The translations under genes and the position numbers were made by a program. Under the pieces are notes generated by a model. It was not told where the DNA came from. It saw only the letters and a program-made list of their open reading frames with translations, and ran no database searches. A DNA stretch of 42,843 nucleotides from Minisyncoccota bacterium (GTDB taxonomy: Bacteria; Patescibacteriota; Minisyncoccia; Phycocordibacterales; JABAAK01), in contig OZ241963.1 of the NCBI GenBank assembly GCA_965204115.1, forward strand, positions 76,632 through 119,474. Direction: 5' to 3'. This document shows, piece by piece, positions 1 to 9,442 of this stretch. Position 1 is the first letter of the stretch, and each line of letters opens with the position of its first letter.

Positions 1-2690
1 GCCCCGGTTTGTGTAGGGCGGGCGGATGTCGCCTCTATCGTGTAGGTGCCGGGGGAGAGAGTGCGTATGATGCGTGCACCACCCAGGAATGTTAGACCAT
101 TATCATCGCTTACTATAAGGTCTCCAGAACGATTCCGGTTTGCAGAAGTATGATTTCTGAGATATAAGTAGGGATCAACATTAATATCCCTTGCACGGGT
201 CATATCGATAGTAACCTTCTTGCGACCATTGATGGTAAAGGTATAGTAATGCGCATATGTTCTTCCACGGGCAGTGCTTTCACAGCCGGAAGCCAAAGAA
301 CCATTTCTGGTAACCGTACCATCTGAAAGCGCCTTGAGATCAGTAACGCAAGTGTGCGTTTGCGAACAGGTGTTTTTCACTTCAACCCAAAGCCCTCTTT
401 CGCAGCGGTACGAACAGGACTTGGTACTATCGTCAAGGTCGGCAGAGCAAGTGCCAGAAGAAGTACTGAGATGATTGGTTGACGGCAAATTACAACTTGC
501 GACTGCACCAGGGTCACAGCCCCAATAGGTATCGTTGATGAATATCGGATCTCCTATCTGCGCACCGGAGGCAAGGGTGCCAAAAATAGTATGTCCTGAC
601 GAGGAAGAGCGAGAGCTAGAGAGATTGTGGACAGAGTAGTCGTGTCCTTGAAAAGTTCCACTGAAGCCGTCAATCGGCACCCATCTGCCGTCCGTAAATT
701 CACTGCCACGAAAGTCAATGTCATGCAATAACTCGTAACCATAACACCCTGTTGATGGGCAGCCAGTAGTAACACCTTGATCGGTTTCGCTGGTTTTGTA
801 GCTAGTACCCGCAAGGTTATGTCGCATGTTATACAATTGTCCAAGTGTGCTGATATCTATAAGACCATCGCCGTCCACATCACTACCTCCTTGGACACAA
901 CTGCGCCGTTGCTCGTCAGTCAGATCAGACACCTCTTTCTTTGTGTACGGAAGCCCCAAGGCAGCTTGCACCGCATTGTACGCATTTACTCTCCTCCCTC
1001 GATGCACATAGTCATCATTGGTGCCGACTGTACAATCAGGTCCTGTCAACGATATCAATTCATCCGCTGACTCAAGGAGTCGCTGTTTCAGTTGTGCGGT
1101 AGTAAGGTTTTTATTCGCCTGTAACATCAAAGCGAGGACGCCGGCAATCTGCGGTGTAGCAACCGAAGTACCGCTTACAGTTTGTGTCCCGTACACTTCT
1201 TTGCCATCAACAGTTTTAACGGTTGGCACAAGAATGCTATGTGCCGGTGCGGCGATGTCTATGCTGGGGCTGTGATTAGAGCCGAGAAGTCCATGATGGC
1301 GATTGGCATCCCAGCGAACCTCATCTATCCCTTGCGCTGCTATAGTGGATTCTTCAACAGAGCGGACAGTGCCATCGCCATTCAGGTCTTTCCCTTTTTC
1401 TGTCCCTCCAACAGAAATAACATTCGGCAGTGCACTCCAGCAACCTTGATCTGTCATATCTGTATTAAAGTCAGCAGGTACCACAAAGATAGCATTACCG
1501 TCACTTATTTTTCTATTCCGATTACCTGCAGCTGCAACAAACAGCCCGGGGAAGTTACCAATTTGCTGATGCTCTAAGAGATTTTTGGGACGAGCCGGAT
1601 AATCAGAACGATATAACGCAGTACACGGTATGGTACTGTGCCTACTGCCAAAGCTTGTGTTAATAACGTCTGCCCCGTTTAATCGGGCAAAAGCAACACT
1701 CTTCAGAAAAGATAGTGTGTCTTTAATATTGTTATGAATGGGCATTATGGTAACAGACGGTGCAACCCCGGCACCTCCAAACTCGTTATCACGGTTTGCT
1801 GCCGCAACCCCGGCAACCCCGGTCCCATGAGAGGAAGGATAAGCTTTATCATGCCTGACATCATTACTGTTATTAGAGAAATTGTATCCACCCATAGGGC
1901 AGGTAGTTGAAGTGGATTTCGCACTGTCTGTCTCTATGCCATTGCTAAAAACAGGAAGATTACAGTGCGACAGATTTGGTAATCTATTAAACTGCGGGCG
2001 ATACCCGGTCACATCTTTAAACTCAGGATGATCAGGGCTGATGCCATCATCTATAAAGGCAATAGTCGGTAGATAACCCGAGTTACTTTCTTCCAGCACT
2101 TTCCATGCAGTTTCTTCTTCATCAGCATCAGTGTCATACACCTGTGTATGGATAAGGTGCCAGGAAGTACTCAAATCGGGGTCGTTAAAAGCAGGAGCGG
2201 ACTCGGAAGGTTGATCGGTAGTGTCGGTAGTATAAATAAGATTGGGCTGTACCAGTACCACTCCCGGCAGGTCAATAAGCGAATCCATTACAGAGAGTGG
2301 GTCAGTATCCTCACCGATGCGTATTGCCTCAGTATTGAGATCTGGGAATTGTTCAATAACTTGTGGTGTGTACCCTTTTTCAGTAAGCAGATTATCTACA
2401 ACTGCTATCGGAGCAATTGGACCATCTGTATTATCAAGTAATCCACCCGGAACTTTAACAGGACCAAGGTTTTCTGATTCATTCACTTGTGGTTGAAAAG
2501 TATCTTCGTCATACTGCACCAAAACAACACCGAGTTCATACGGAAGTTTCTCCTGTGTCTCAGCTGCCTGAGCAGGAGGCGACTCCTGTGCATATGCAAA
2601 GAAAGAAATAATAGATAATGAAAAAATAATAAAGAGCACAAATGCGCTCTTCAGAATGTTTGTGATTAAAATGCTTTTTTTATTGGTCAT
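1..2690 (-). CDS. Secreted S8 (subtilisin-like) serine peptidase, multidomain, 3'-truncated by the window edge
   Basis: Translated by hand from ATG at 2690 (MTNKKSILIT..., hydrophobic signal). It carries IAFIDDGI (Asp), SHGTGVAGVAAA (His), VAAAGN (oxyanion Asn) and SGTSVATPQIAG (Ser). These are followed by a DVDGDGLIDI...GCPSTGCYGYEL domain and a PPC-like segment (DPYLYL...LSPGTYTIEAT). It is absent from the ORF track because no stop lies in the window. Confidence 0.9.
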   Translation of the reverse strand, partial: MTNKKSILITNILKSAFVLFIIFSLSIISFFAYAQESPPAQAAETQEKLPYELGVVLVQYDEDTFQPQVNESENLGPVKVPGGLLDNTDGPIAPIAVVDNLLTEKGYTPQVIEQFPDLNTEAIRIGEDTDPLSVMDSLIDLPGVVLVQPNLIYTTDTTDQPSESAPAFNDPDLSTSWHLIHTQVYDTDADEEETAWKVLEESNSGYLPTIAFIDDGISPDHPEFKDVTGYRPQFNRLPNLSHCNLPVFSNGIETDSAKSTSTTCPMGGYNFSNNSNDVRHDKAYPSSHGTGVAGVAAANRDNEFGGAGVAPSVTIMPIHNNIKDTLSFLKSVAFARLNGADVINTSFGSRHSTIPCTALYRSDYPARPKNLLEHQQIGNFPGLFVAAAGNRNRKISDGNAIFVVPADFNTDMTDQGCWSALPNVISVGGTEKGKDLNGDGTVRSVEESTIAAQGIDEVRWDANRHHGLLGSNHSPSIDIAAPAHSILVPTVKTVDGKEVYGTQTVSGTSVATPQIAGVLALMLQANKNLTTAQLKQRLLESADELISLTGPDCTVGTNDDYVHRGRRVNAYNAVQAALGLPYTKKEVSDLTDEQRRSCVQGGSDVDGDGLIDISTLGQLYNMRHNLAGTSYKTSETDQGVTTGCPSTGCYGYELLHDIDFRGSEFTDGRWVPIDGFSGTFQGHDYSVHNLSSSRSSSSGHTIFGTLASGAQIGDPIFINDTYWGCDPGAVASCNLPSTNHLSTSSGTCSADLDDSTKSCSYRCERGLWVEVKNTCSQTHTCVTDLKALSDGTVTRNGSLASGCESTARGRTYAHYYTFTINGRKKVTIDMTRARDINVDPYLYLRNHTSANRNRSGDLIVSDDNGLTFLGGARIIRTLSPGTYTIEATSARPTQTG

Positions 2691-2845
2691 ATAATCAACA
2701 GGATAGCACATTTTTAAAAGTATGAGAGGTTGTGTGAAAAACTTGTAGTTCTTTGTATGAAAAAATAGCAAAGATAAAATCCTTGCTGGGCGTGTGGAGC
2801 GTGTGGGGTTGGTTAGAGCGAGTGTGACAGAGTTTTCCCATTGGG

Positions 2846-2917
2846 CTCCGCGGGCGGGATTCGAACCTGCGACCTACCGGTTAACAGCCGGTTGCTCTAC
2901 CGCTGAGCTACCGCGGA
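2846..2917 (-). tRNA. tRNA-Asn (GTT)
   Basis: Reverse complement reads TCCGCGGTAGCTCAGCGGTAGAGCAACCGGCT-GTT-AACCGGTAGGTCGCAGGTTCGAATCCCGCCCGCGGAG. It forms a cloverleaf, and CCA is not encoded. Confidence 0.96.
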
Positions 2918-3026
2918 ATATATACCTATATAGTATAGGATAGTTATACTATACACGATATTTGATGCTGCTGGTGGAATACAGTGAGAAAAACTGAATG
3001 GTAAATAGGTATGGAATACTATAGAT

Positions 3027-3149
3027 ATGGACTTAAAAATGGACTTTGTTATTATAATTTTCTCGATCCTGCTTATTATCTTTGTAGTAAGGAGGATGAG
3101 AAGAGGTTGGGATAAAGATACCCAGAGAGGAGACAAAGAGATGAATTAA
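3027..3149 (+). CDS. Putative 40-aa single-pass membrane peptide
   Basis: MDLKMDFVIIIFSILLIIFVVRRMRRGWDKDTQRGDKEMN*: a hydrophobic helix followed by a basic patch. It fills an intergenic gap and is below the ORF-track cutoff. Confidence 0.45.
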   Translation: MDLKMDFVIIIFSILLIIFVVRRMRRGWDKDTQRGDKEMN

Positions 3150-3183
3150 AAGGTGTCCGGAGGCAAGGGGCCTGTGATGGGCA

Positions 3184-3468
3184 TTATGTTTGCTTTGCCT
3201 CGGCAAGTTGGGTTTTAATTGCCTGTTGTTTTTCACGGACGAGTTTCCAGAAGAGGGCTTTTGGGTTGGTTTGCCAGGATTTTGCCTGGTCGAAGATGTC
3301 GCGGATTTCTGCGGTGGTGAACTGGCGGGTTTGCCCGAGGATTTTTTTGAAGTGCTTGTCGTCAAAGAGAGTGTCGCAGATTGTTTGGATGAGGTGGGCG
3401 CGTTCTGAGGTTGGGCGGTTTTTGTCGCTGCTCATAAATTGTTGTATGTGGGCGTTGAGGGAATCCAT
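3184..3468 (-). CDS. Hypothetical helical protein (~94 aa)
   Basis: ORF 3184..3522 trimmed to MDSLNAHIQQ, which lies 7 nt after a TG-C-TATCAT extended -10. Confidence 0.7.
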   Translation of the reverse strand: MDSLNAHIQQFMSSDKNRPTSERAHLIQTICDTLFDDKHFKKILGQTRQFTTAEIRDIFDQAKSWQTNPKALFWKLVREKQQAIKTQLAEAKQT

Positions 3469-3549
3469 AGGTACTATGATAGCACGGTGCGGTTTTTGTG
3501 CGGGGGACAGAGAGCTTTGCAACGCGGGACAGCGGTATACTATAGAAGT

Positions 3550-4149
3550 ATGACTGTTGCAGAGATTGTCGCCTACACACTTTTTTTCACGGCGGGTACT
3601 ACCGTCCTTTATGTTGTGTTGCTTGCGGTGGAGCAGAAGCGGGGAGTTCGGTTTGGGAGGCGGTTTCGTCAGTATTTGGATCGGAAGGTGGAAGCGGTGG
3701 CAAGACGGCTCGGGAAAAATGCTGCCTTTGTGAATACGCTCTACGAGCGAGGGCTTGATGAGGTGGAAAAAGATTTGATTGATCCGGTCGCCAAGCCGAT
3801 TGTAGAAACACAGCAGCGTTACGCTACCCTCAAGACCGGCGAGCGGGATATTACTTATACCGGCAAGAGAGGCGCGTCACCATTTTTGCAGGATATAGCG
3901 GAAATGCGCAAGAAGGATAAAAAAGATAAAAAGAAGAAGCGGAAAAAGCGAAGACGAGGAAAAAATAAGCGACGGGCATCGAAGGAACAGCAGTTGCAGC
4001 AGGAGCAGGTATCGTCGGAGGAGAAGCCACGCCAGAAGCAGCAGCGTCAACAGCCACAGCAGCAGGAAGGGAAGAAGCAGTCGGAAGAGAAACCGCAGCC
4101 GGAGCAAAAATCGGATCACCGTCACACCCCGCAGCATGATGAACAATAG
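3550..4149 (+). CDS. Membrane-anchored hypothetical protein with Lys/Arg-rich and Gln-rich C-terminal tail
   Basis: Start MTVAEIVAY lies 8 nt after TATACT. It has an N-terminal TM helix, KKDKKDKKKKRKKRRRGKNKRR and Q-rich low complexity. Confidence 0.7.
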   Translation: MTVAEIVAYTLFFTAGTTVLYVVLLAVEQKRGVRFGRRFRQYLDRKVEAVARRLGKNAAFVNTLYERGLDEVEKDLIDPVAKPIVETQQRYATLKTGERDITYTGKRGASPFLQDIAEMRKKDKKDKKKKRKKRRRGKNKRRASKEQQLQQEQVSSEEKPRQKQQRQQPQQQEGKKQSEEKPQPEQKSDHRHTPQHDEQ

Positions 4150-4699
4150 ATTGCAGCAAAAATTTTTCACTATCCCGACCGTTCGCCTCGCGAAAGCGTT
4201 GCTCGGGTGTACGCTGGTGCGGGAAATGCCGTCGGGTCGGTTGGCGGGGACTATCATCGAGACCGAAGCATACACTGAAGACGACCCCGCGGCACACTCG
4301 TTCGGTGGCAGGCGCACAAAACGAAATGAGATGATGTTTGCTCCCGGTGGCTATGCGTATGTGTATGTGTCCTATGGTATCCATCACTGTCTCAACATTG
4401 TTTCAGGGCAGGAAGGACGGGGAGATGCGGTTCTCATTCGCGCTATCACGCCGACGGAGGGCATCGCACAGATGCGAAAAAGCCGTGGTGGTAAAAAAGA
4501 TGCTCTGCTTGCCGACGGTCCGGGCAAACTTTGCCAAGCGCTTGCTATCTCATTGGCAGAAAACGGTGTCAATATGACTGATGCAGCGGCACCGCTCTAT
4601 GTCCTGCCGAGAGATGGGGAGCTGGCTGCCATTACTGTGACTCCGAGGGTCGGCATTTCGAAAGCCCGAAACAAGCTGTGGCGATTTCTGCTCGGCTAA
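4136..4699 (+). CDS. mpg: DNA-3-methyladenine glycosylase (MPG/AAG family)
   Basis: Motifs IIETEAY, YVYVSYGIHHCLNIV, AVLIRA, GPGKLCQAL and TPRVGIS. Confidence 0.95.
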   Translation: MMNNRLQQKFFTIPTVRLAKALLGCTLVREMPSGRLAGTIIETEAYTEDDPAAHSFGGRRTKRNEMMFAPGGYAYVYVSYGIHHCLNIVSGQEGRGDAVLIRAITPTEGIAQMRKSRGGKKDALLADGPGKLCQALAISLAENGVNMTDAAAPLYVLPRDGELAAITVTPRVGISKARNKLWRFLLG

Positions 4700-4768
4700 C
4701 TTTGTACACCGCTGCTTTGTGTGAGAAAAATAATGTATCAAGTGTGAGATGTGGTATAGTACCTCTAT

Positions 4769-5659
4769 ATGAAGCATTTGCAAGACCGAGAGGTGGAGAT
4801 GATTGAGAAAAAAGCGAATCAAATTCGTATATCGGTTATTGAGTCCCTCGTTGAGGCGGGATCAGGACATACTGCAGGGCCGTTGGGCATGGCGGATGTG
4901 TTTGCCACGCTGTTCTTCTCAGTGCTGCGGTATGACCCGAAGAATCCGCAGGCGGAGGGGCGGGATCGACTGATACTTTCTAACGGGCATATCTGTCCGG
5001 TGCTGTACGCAACGATGGCGCATGCGGGGTATTTTCCGGTGAAAGAGTTGGCGACTTTGCGAAAATTCGGATCACGGCTGCAGGGGCATCCACATCGCGA
5101 GTATCTGCCGGGGATTGAGACGAGTTCCGGTCCGCTCGGCTCCGGCTTGTCGCAGGCATTGGGTATGGTGCTGGCAGATCGAATAGACAGGCCGCAATCA
5201 CAAACCTTCTTTTACTGCATGCTGGGTGACGGTGAGCTGAACTGCGGGCAGAACTGGGAGGCGATTATGCATGCGGGGAAAGAGCAGCCACACAATCTCA
5301 TCGCTGTTATAGACCGAAACGGGATACAGATAGACGGCTATACGCGGGATGTTATGCCGCTTGAGCCGCTGGAGGAGAAATTTGCGGCGTTTAACTGGCA
5401 CACTATTAATGTTGACGGGCATAATATTCAGGAGCTGTATGATGCGTTCGGTGAGGCGCAGTCGGCGATGCAGCCGACGGTGCTCATCGCGCACACCATA
5501 CCCGGCAAGGGGGTGCCGCAGTTTGAGCGGGATTATCGCTGGCATGGCGCTCCGCCCGGCAAGGGTCCTGAGGATATTCTGACGAAAGATAAACAGGGGG
5601 AGTGCGCGCTTAAGCAGCTGCGCAGTTTGAAAGGGGTGATTGTGTCGGATTGCGATTAG
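4769..5659 (+). CDS. tktA: Transketolase, N-terminal (TPP-binding) subunit
   Basis: Motifs GSGH, RDRLILSNGH, LQGHP, GPLGSGL, GDGE...N and TIPGKG. Confidence 0.95.
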   Translation: MKHLQDREVEMIEKKANQIRISVIESLVEAGSGHTAGPLGMADVFATLFFSVLRYDPKNPQAEGRDRLILSNGHICPVLYATMAHAGYFPVKELATLRKFGSRLQGHPHREYLPGIETSSGPLGSGLSQALGMVLADRIDRPQSQTFFYCMLGDGELNCGQNWEAIMHAGKEQPHNLIAVIDRNGIQIDGYTRDVMPLEPLEEKFAAFNWHTINVDGHNIQELYDAFGEAQSAMQPTVLIAHTIPGKGVPQFERDYRWHGAPPGKGPEDILTKDKQGECALKQLRSLKGVIVSDCD

Positions 5660-5677
5660 CATATTATATACAACGCT

Positions 5678-6676
5678 ATGTTACAGGAAGCAATACATTT
5701 TCATAAAAAAGTATTCACGACGCAGGAAGAGCGTGTACCGATTCGTGAGGGGTACGGGAAAGGGCTCCTTGAGGCGGCTGAAAAGGATATTAATGTTGTT
5801 GCGCTGTGTGCTGACTTGACTGAGTCCACCAAGACGCTCTATTTCAAAGAGCGATTTCCCGGACGGTTTATTGAGATGGGTATTGGCGAGCAGTCTATGG
5901 CATCGGTTGCCTCTGGTATGGCGGCAATGGGGAAGGTACCATTTTTCACTTCTTACGCGATGTTCTCTCCCGGGCGAAACTGGGAGCAGATTCGCACGAC
6001 CATCTGCTACAACAAGGTAAATGCGAAAGTGGTCGGTTCGCATGCGGGGGTGTCGGTGGGGCCGGATGGCGGCACCCACCAAGCGCTTGAGGATATCGCT
6101 ATTACCCGGGTGATTCCGCGGATGACTGTGCTGGTGCCGTGCGATATGGAAGAGGCGCGTAAGGCGACCCTTGCGGCGGCGGAGCACGATGGTCCTGTGT
6201 ACATTCGTCTGCAGCGGGAGGCAACGCCGGTGATGACCACTGATGTGTCACCGTTCCGCATCGGGAAAATGCAGTGTTTCTATCGTAGCAGAAATCCAAA
6301 GGTGACCATTTTTGCCTGCGGTGCGATGGTGTATACCGCTCTTGAGGCGGCGCGGGAGCTTGAGGAAGAGGGAGGGGTCGGTGTGCTGGTGATTAATGTG
6401 CCTACCGTGAAGCCGTTGGACAAGGATGTGTGTCGCTATGCCGAAGAAACCGGGCGGGTGATTACTGTTGAAGAGCACCAACGAATCGGCGGACTCGGTT
6501 CGGCAATCGCGGAGTATCTTTCTGAGCAGTGTCCGATGCCGGTGTACCGTATTGGTGTTGATGATGTGTTCGGTCAGTCGGGAGAGCCGGAGGAGCTGCT
6601 GGAACACTACCGCTTGTCTAAGGGACATATTATGCAAATGGTGCAGACCGTAACAGGAACGCAGTATGATAAGTGA
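5678..6676 (+). CDS. tktB: Transketolase, C-terminal subunit
   Basis: Motifs ADLTEST, GIGEQ, GPDGGTHQALED and TVEEHQRIGGLGS. Confidence 0.95.
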   Translation: MLQEAIHFHKKVFTTQEERVPIREGYGKGLLEAAEKDINVVALCADLTESTKTLYFKERFPGRFIEMGIGEQSMASVASGMAAMGKVPFFTSYAMFSPGRNWEQIRTTICYNKVNAKVVGSHAGVSVGPDGGTHQALEDIAITRVIPRMTVLVPCDMEEARKATLAAAEHDGPVYIRLQREATPVMTTDVSPFRIGKMQCFYRSRNPKVTIFACGAMVYTALEAARELEEEGGVGVLVINVPTVKPLDKDVCRYAEETGRVITVEEHQRIGGLGSAIAEYLSEQCPMPVYRIGVDDVFGQSGEPEELLEHYRLSKGHIMQMVQTVTGTQYDK

Positions 6677-7325
6677 TGTTATTACGACCGCATTTTCAAC
6701 CATCTCGTTTGACGGGCTTGTTGTTCTGTTCCATGAACACCAGTTTCTCATTTCAGTGCTGCTGCCGTTTTTTGCAGGGGAGCTTAGTATCCACCTGTTC
6801 GGTATACTCAACGGGTCAGGTGACATTTCGCTGGCGCCGGCGCTGATTGCCGTTGCCAGTGTACTCTTTTTTGATGTACTGATTTACGGGGCAGTGCGGG
6901 TATTGCAGCGTCATGACCGGCTGATGTATCGTTTTCGTACGATATCTTTTTTTGCCAAACTTGAACGTTTTTTTAAAAAGCATGAAGAGCGGTATAGCGC
7001 AAACCAACTGTTGTTGCATATTGCTGTTAAGTTGATGCCGATGACAAAAGTCACCCTCATTTTTTTTGCTTTCTATCAGAAGATGTCAATGTTACGATTT
7101 ATCATCCAGGATGCGCTGATTACCGTGGTTTGGGTTACTATCATCTTTTTGCCCGGCTGGCTTGTGGGGAAAGAATTTCTCACGGAAGAGGTCGGGCGGC
7201 GGCTGGGTGTTTTCATTATCTACTTCATCCTCCTCATTGTGCTGATGCTTTTGTTCGGCGGCAAGATTGACAGTTTTATCATGCGTGTTGTTACTAAAAT
7301 ATCAGAAAAGATGAGGAGAGAGTAG
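6666..7325 (+). CDS. DedA/VTT-like integral membrane protein
   Basis: Several hydrophobic helices in a DedA-like layout (...LERFFKKH...KLMP...M..LRFIIQDAL...W). Confidence 0.55.
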   Translation: MISDVITTAFSTISFDGLVVLFHEHQFLISVLLPFFAGELSIHLFGILNGSGDISLAPALIAVASVLFFDVLIYGAVRVLQRHDRLMYRFRTISFFAKLERFFKKHEERYSANQLLLHIAVKLMPMTKVTLIFFAFYQKMSMLRFIIQDALITVVWVTIIFLPGWLVGKEFLTEEVGRRLGVFIIYFILLIVLMLLFGGKIDSFIMRVVTKISEKMRRE

Positions 7326-7414
7326 GGAAGGGTGTGCTGGTGCTTGAAAATAGTGCGAATGCGGTGTAGCATGGGGGTATATAGGTTGAATTATATTGCA
7401 TAGGAGGCAAAGCA

Positions 7415-7798
7415 ATGAACATTAAAATGACCGTCGTGGCGTTGTGTATTTCAGTTGCGGTGATCTTGAGCGGTTGTGCGATTTTCTATCGGCCGGCTCC
7501 GTATGAGCAGCACCTGTGGAGTTTGGCGGAATCTCATGGGTATGAAAGGGTATTTCATGCTCATATCCAAGGACACGGAATGTGTGCCGCTGTGATGACT
7601 AAAGGTGTGGGCGGTTCTCGATGGACTGCGAAATGGGAAGCGGAACATCGGGGTGTGACATTCTTTAATTCCACCATTGGTACTGCTATTGGTGATATCG
7701 TCATCCATGATAATGCCACTGTTCCTGTCAAGCAGCGTGCTTACAGGCGGGAAGATGGTCGGTGGCAGGTTGATATTATAACTGCCATGGTGGAATAG
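7415..7798 (+). CDS. Hypothetical lipoprotein
   Basis: GGAGG RBS, signal peptide with lipobox LSGC, and its own terminator. Confidence 0.75.
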   Translation: MNIKMTVVALCISVAVILSGCAIFYRPAPYEQHLWSLAESHGYERVFHAHIQGHGMCAAVMTKGVGGSRWTAKWEAEHRGVTFFNSTIGTAIGDIVIHDNATVPVKQRAYRREDGRWQVDIITAMVE

Positions 7799-7813
7799 CA
7801 GTAAGTTTTTTAG

Positions 7814-7847
7814 AAGCAGGGTGCTTTACACACCCTGCTTTATTTTT
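7814..7847. terminator. Intrinsic terminator between convergent genes
   Basis: AAGCAGGGTG/CACCCTGCTT stem followed by a T-tract. Confidence 0.75.
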
Positions 7848-8840
7848 TTAGAGCACTGAAACGGTGTGCTCTTTCGGTGCTTTTTGGAGGTAGTGCTCTA
7901 TATCCTGTTCGGTGAGGAGCCCCTTTTGGGCGCCGATGTGCTGGACAACGGACATACTGTTTATCGGCGCGCGCAGCAGGGCCTCCTTGAGCGGGAGTCC
8001 TTTGGCGAGGAAGGCGGCGAGTGCTGAAGAGAAAGCATCGCCGGCACCGGTGCGCTCTTTCGGCGGGGCAGGGTCAGGGTATTGCGGGACGAAGTAGGTC
8101 ACCTCGCCGTTGAAGGCGTATGCGCCGTTCGGTCCGTCGGTGATGATGGCTATGGTCGGACCTTTTTCATGCATTGCCTGCAGCAATGTTTTTATATTTG
8201 TCTCCGACGAGTTGAGTATGCGCTGTGCCTCCTGCTTATTGCAGATGAAGAGGTGTGCGTGCGCATAGAGGTCTTTGAGGCGGTCGTAGCCGAGCCGCAT
8301 TTGGAAGGTGCCGGGCTGGAAGACCAGCTTGGTGTCAGGGTGCTGCTTGAGCCACGCGACTACATCGTCGTGCAGGTTTTCAGCCGCTTCACCGACCGAT
8401 GAAAAATAGAGCCACGGTGTGTCAGCAGGGATATCCGGCAGGGAATAGGTGAAGTGTTCGTGGCGAACAAGAATGGTGCGCTCCGCCTCGTACGAGAGGA
8501 CATAGTGGTAGTTTGTCTTTTTGCCCGTCTCTTTTGTGATGTAGGTCGTATCTATCCCCTCATCGCGCAGAACGCTGATACATTCCTCACCGTTTTTGTC
8601 ATCGCCGACAAAGGAGATGAATGCGGTGGGGAGCCCAAGGCGGGCGGCGGATACGGCCGCGTTGGCGCTGTTGCCGACAGCCGGGACAACCGTCACATCC
8701 TCGTAGGGGATTTTATCACCCCAGCGCATCGTGATGGTACAGCGTTCCGTTGACACATCACAGTGTACGCTCGCCTCCTTGAGTGTGATAAACGCATCGT
8801 TTGTCACATCGCCGAGTGTTATGAAAGCGGGAGTGTTCAT
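7848..8840 (-). CDS. PfkB-family carbohydrate kinase
   Basis: Motifs GNSANAAVSAARLG, VGDD, NKQEA, ITDGPNGA and RTGAGDAF. Confidence 0.93.
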   Translation of the reverse strand: MNTPAFITLGDVTNDAFITLKEASVHCDVSTERCTITMRWGDKIPYEDVTVVPAVGNSANAAVSAARLGLPTAFISFVGDDKNGEECISVLRDEGIDTTYITKETGKKTNYHYVLSYEAERTILVRHEHFTYSLPDIPADTPWLYFSSVGEAAENLHDDVVAWLKQHPDTKLVFQPGTFQMRLGYDRLKDLYAHAHLFICNKQEAQRILNSSETNIKTLLQAMHEKGPTIAIITDGPNGAYAFNGEVTYFVPQYPDPAPPKERTGAGDAFSSALAAFLAKGLPLKEALLRAPINSMSVVQHIGAQKGLLTEQDIEHYLQKAPKEHTVSVL

Positions 8841-8878
8841 TACCTATATAATACACATTTTTTGCCTATACTATTGGT

Positions 8879-9073
8879 ATGACTATGAATACAATTATTT
8901 TTTGGGTGGTGTATGTTGGGGCGGGGTTGTTTTTAGTGTTTGCAGGACTTTCACTGATTTTTTACCTGCAGGATCCGTTTTGTTCCCTTGGGGTTGACAC
9001 CGTGAATGAATGCTGGTCTGCGGCATTTGAGCGGTTGCAGGAACAGGCGAGCAGGGTGTTGTATGTCTTCTAA
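8879..9073 (+). CDS. Small membrane protein, hypothetical
   Basis: One TM helix, a Cys pair, and TATACT just upstream of the ATG. Confidence 0.55.
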   Translation: MTMNTIIFWVVYVGAGLFLVFAGLSLIFYLQDPFCSLGVDTVNECWSAAFERLQEQASRVLYVF

Positions 9074-9136
9074 TACATAGGGCTTGATTTGCTGTTGAGC
9101 GAGGTGTGTTGTATTATGAGGGCAGGAGGTAGCAGA

Positions 9137-9373
9137 ATGCTATTTGTTAGGACTAGGAGATTTCTGAAAAAGTTTAAGAGGCCAAAGAAAAGAGGCAGGG
9201 TGGTGAAGGCGAAGCTTGTTTTTCTTGATGAGGCAGGAGGCGGTCGTGAGGTTTTTGGCATGCTGTTGCGTGTGAAGGTTCCTTACTTCCTTTCTCATGA
9301 CAAGGAGACAAAAGGACACATTGTCTCTATTGATGATCAGTTGTTTTTTATTCCCGATAAAAAAGATGATTGA
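9137..9373 (+). CDS. Small basic hypothetical protein
   Basis: GGAGG at 9125-9129 before ATG 9137, followed by a palindromic terminator. Confidence 0.55.
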   Translation: MLFVRTRRFLKKFKRPKKRGRVVKAKLVFLDEAGGGREVFGMLLRVKVPYFLSHDKETKGHIVSIDDQLFFIPDKKDD

Positions 9374-9392
9374 TTTTTACCGTGTTACTGTA

Positions 9393-9424
9393 CCCCGCAA
9401 CAAATTTGTTGCGGGGATTTTTTT
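9393..9424 (+). terminator. Perfect 24-bp palindrome plus T-tract (terminator)
   Basis: CCCCGCAACAAATTTGTTGCGGGG followed by ATTTTTTT. Confidence 0.7.
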
Positions 9425-9442
9425 GTGGCATACTGAAACTAT

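Noticed and set aside
274-2496. Short ORFs in the track at the left end
   Set aside because: They are shadows of the long minus-strand subtilase gene.
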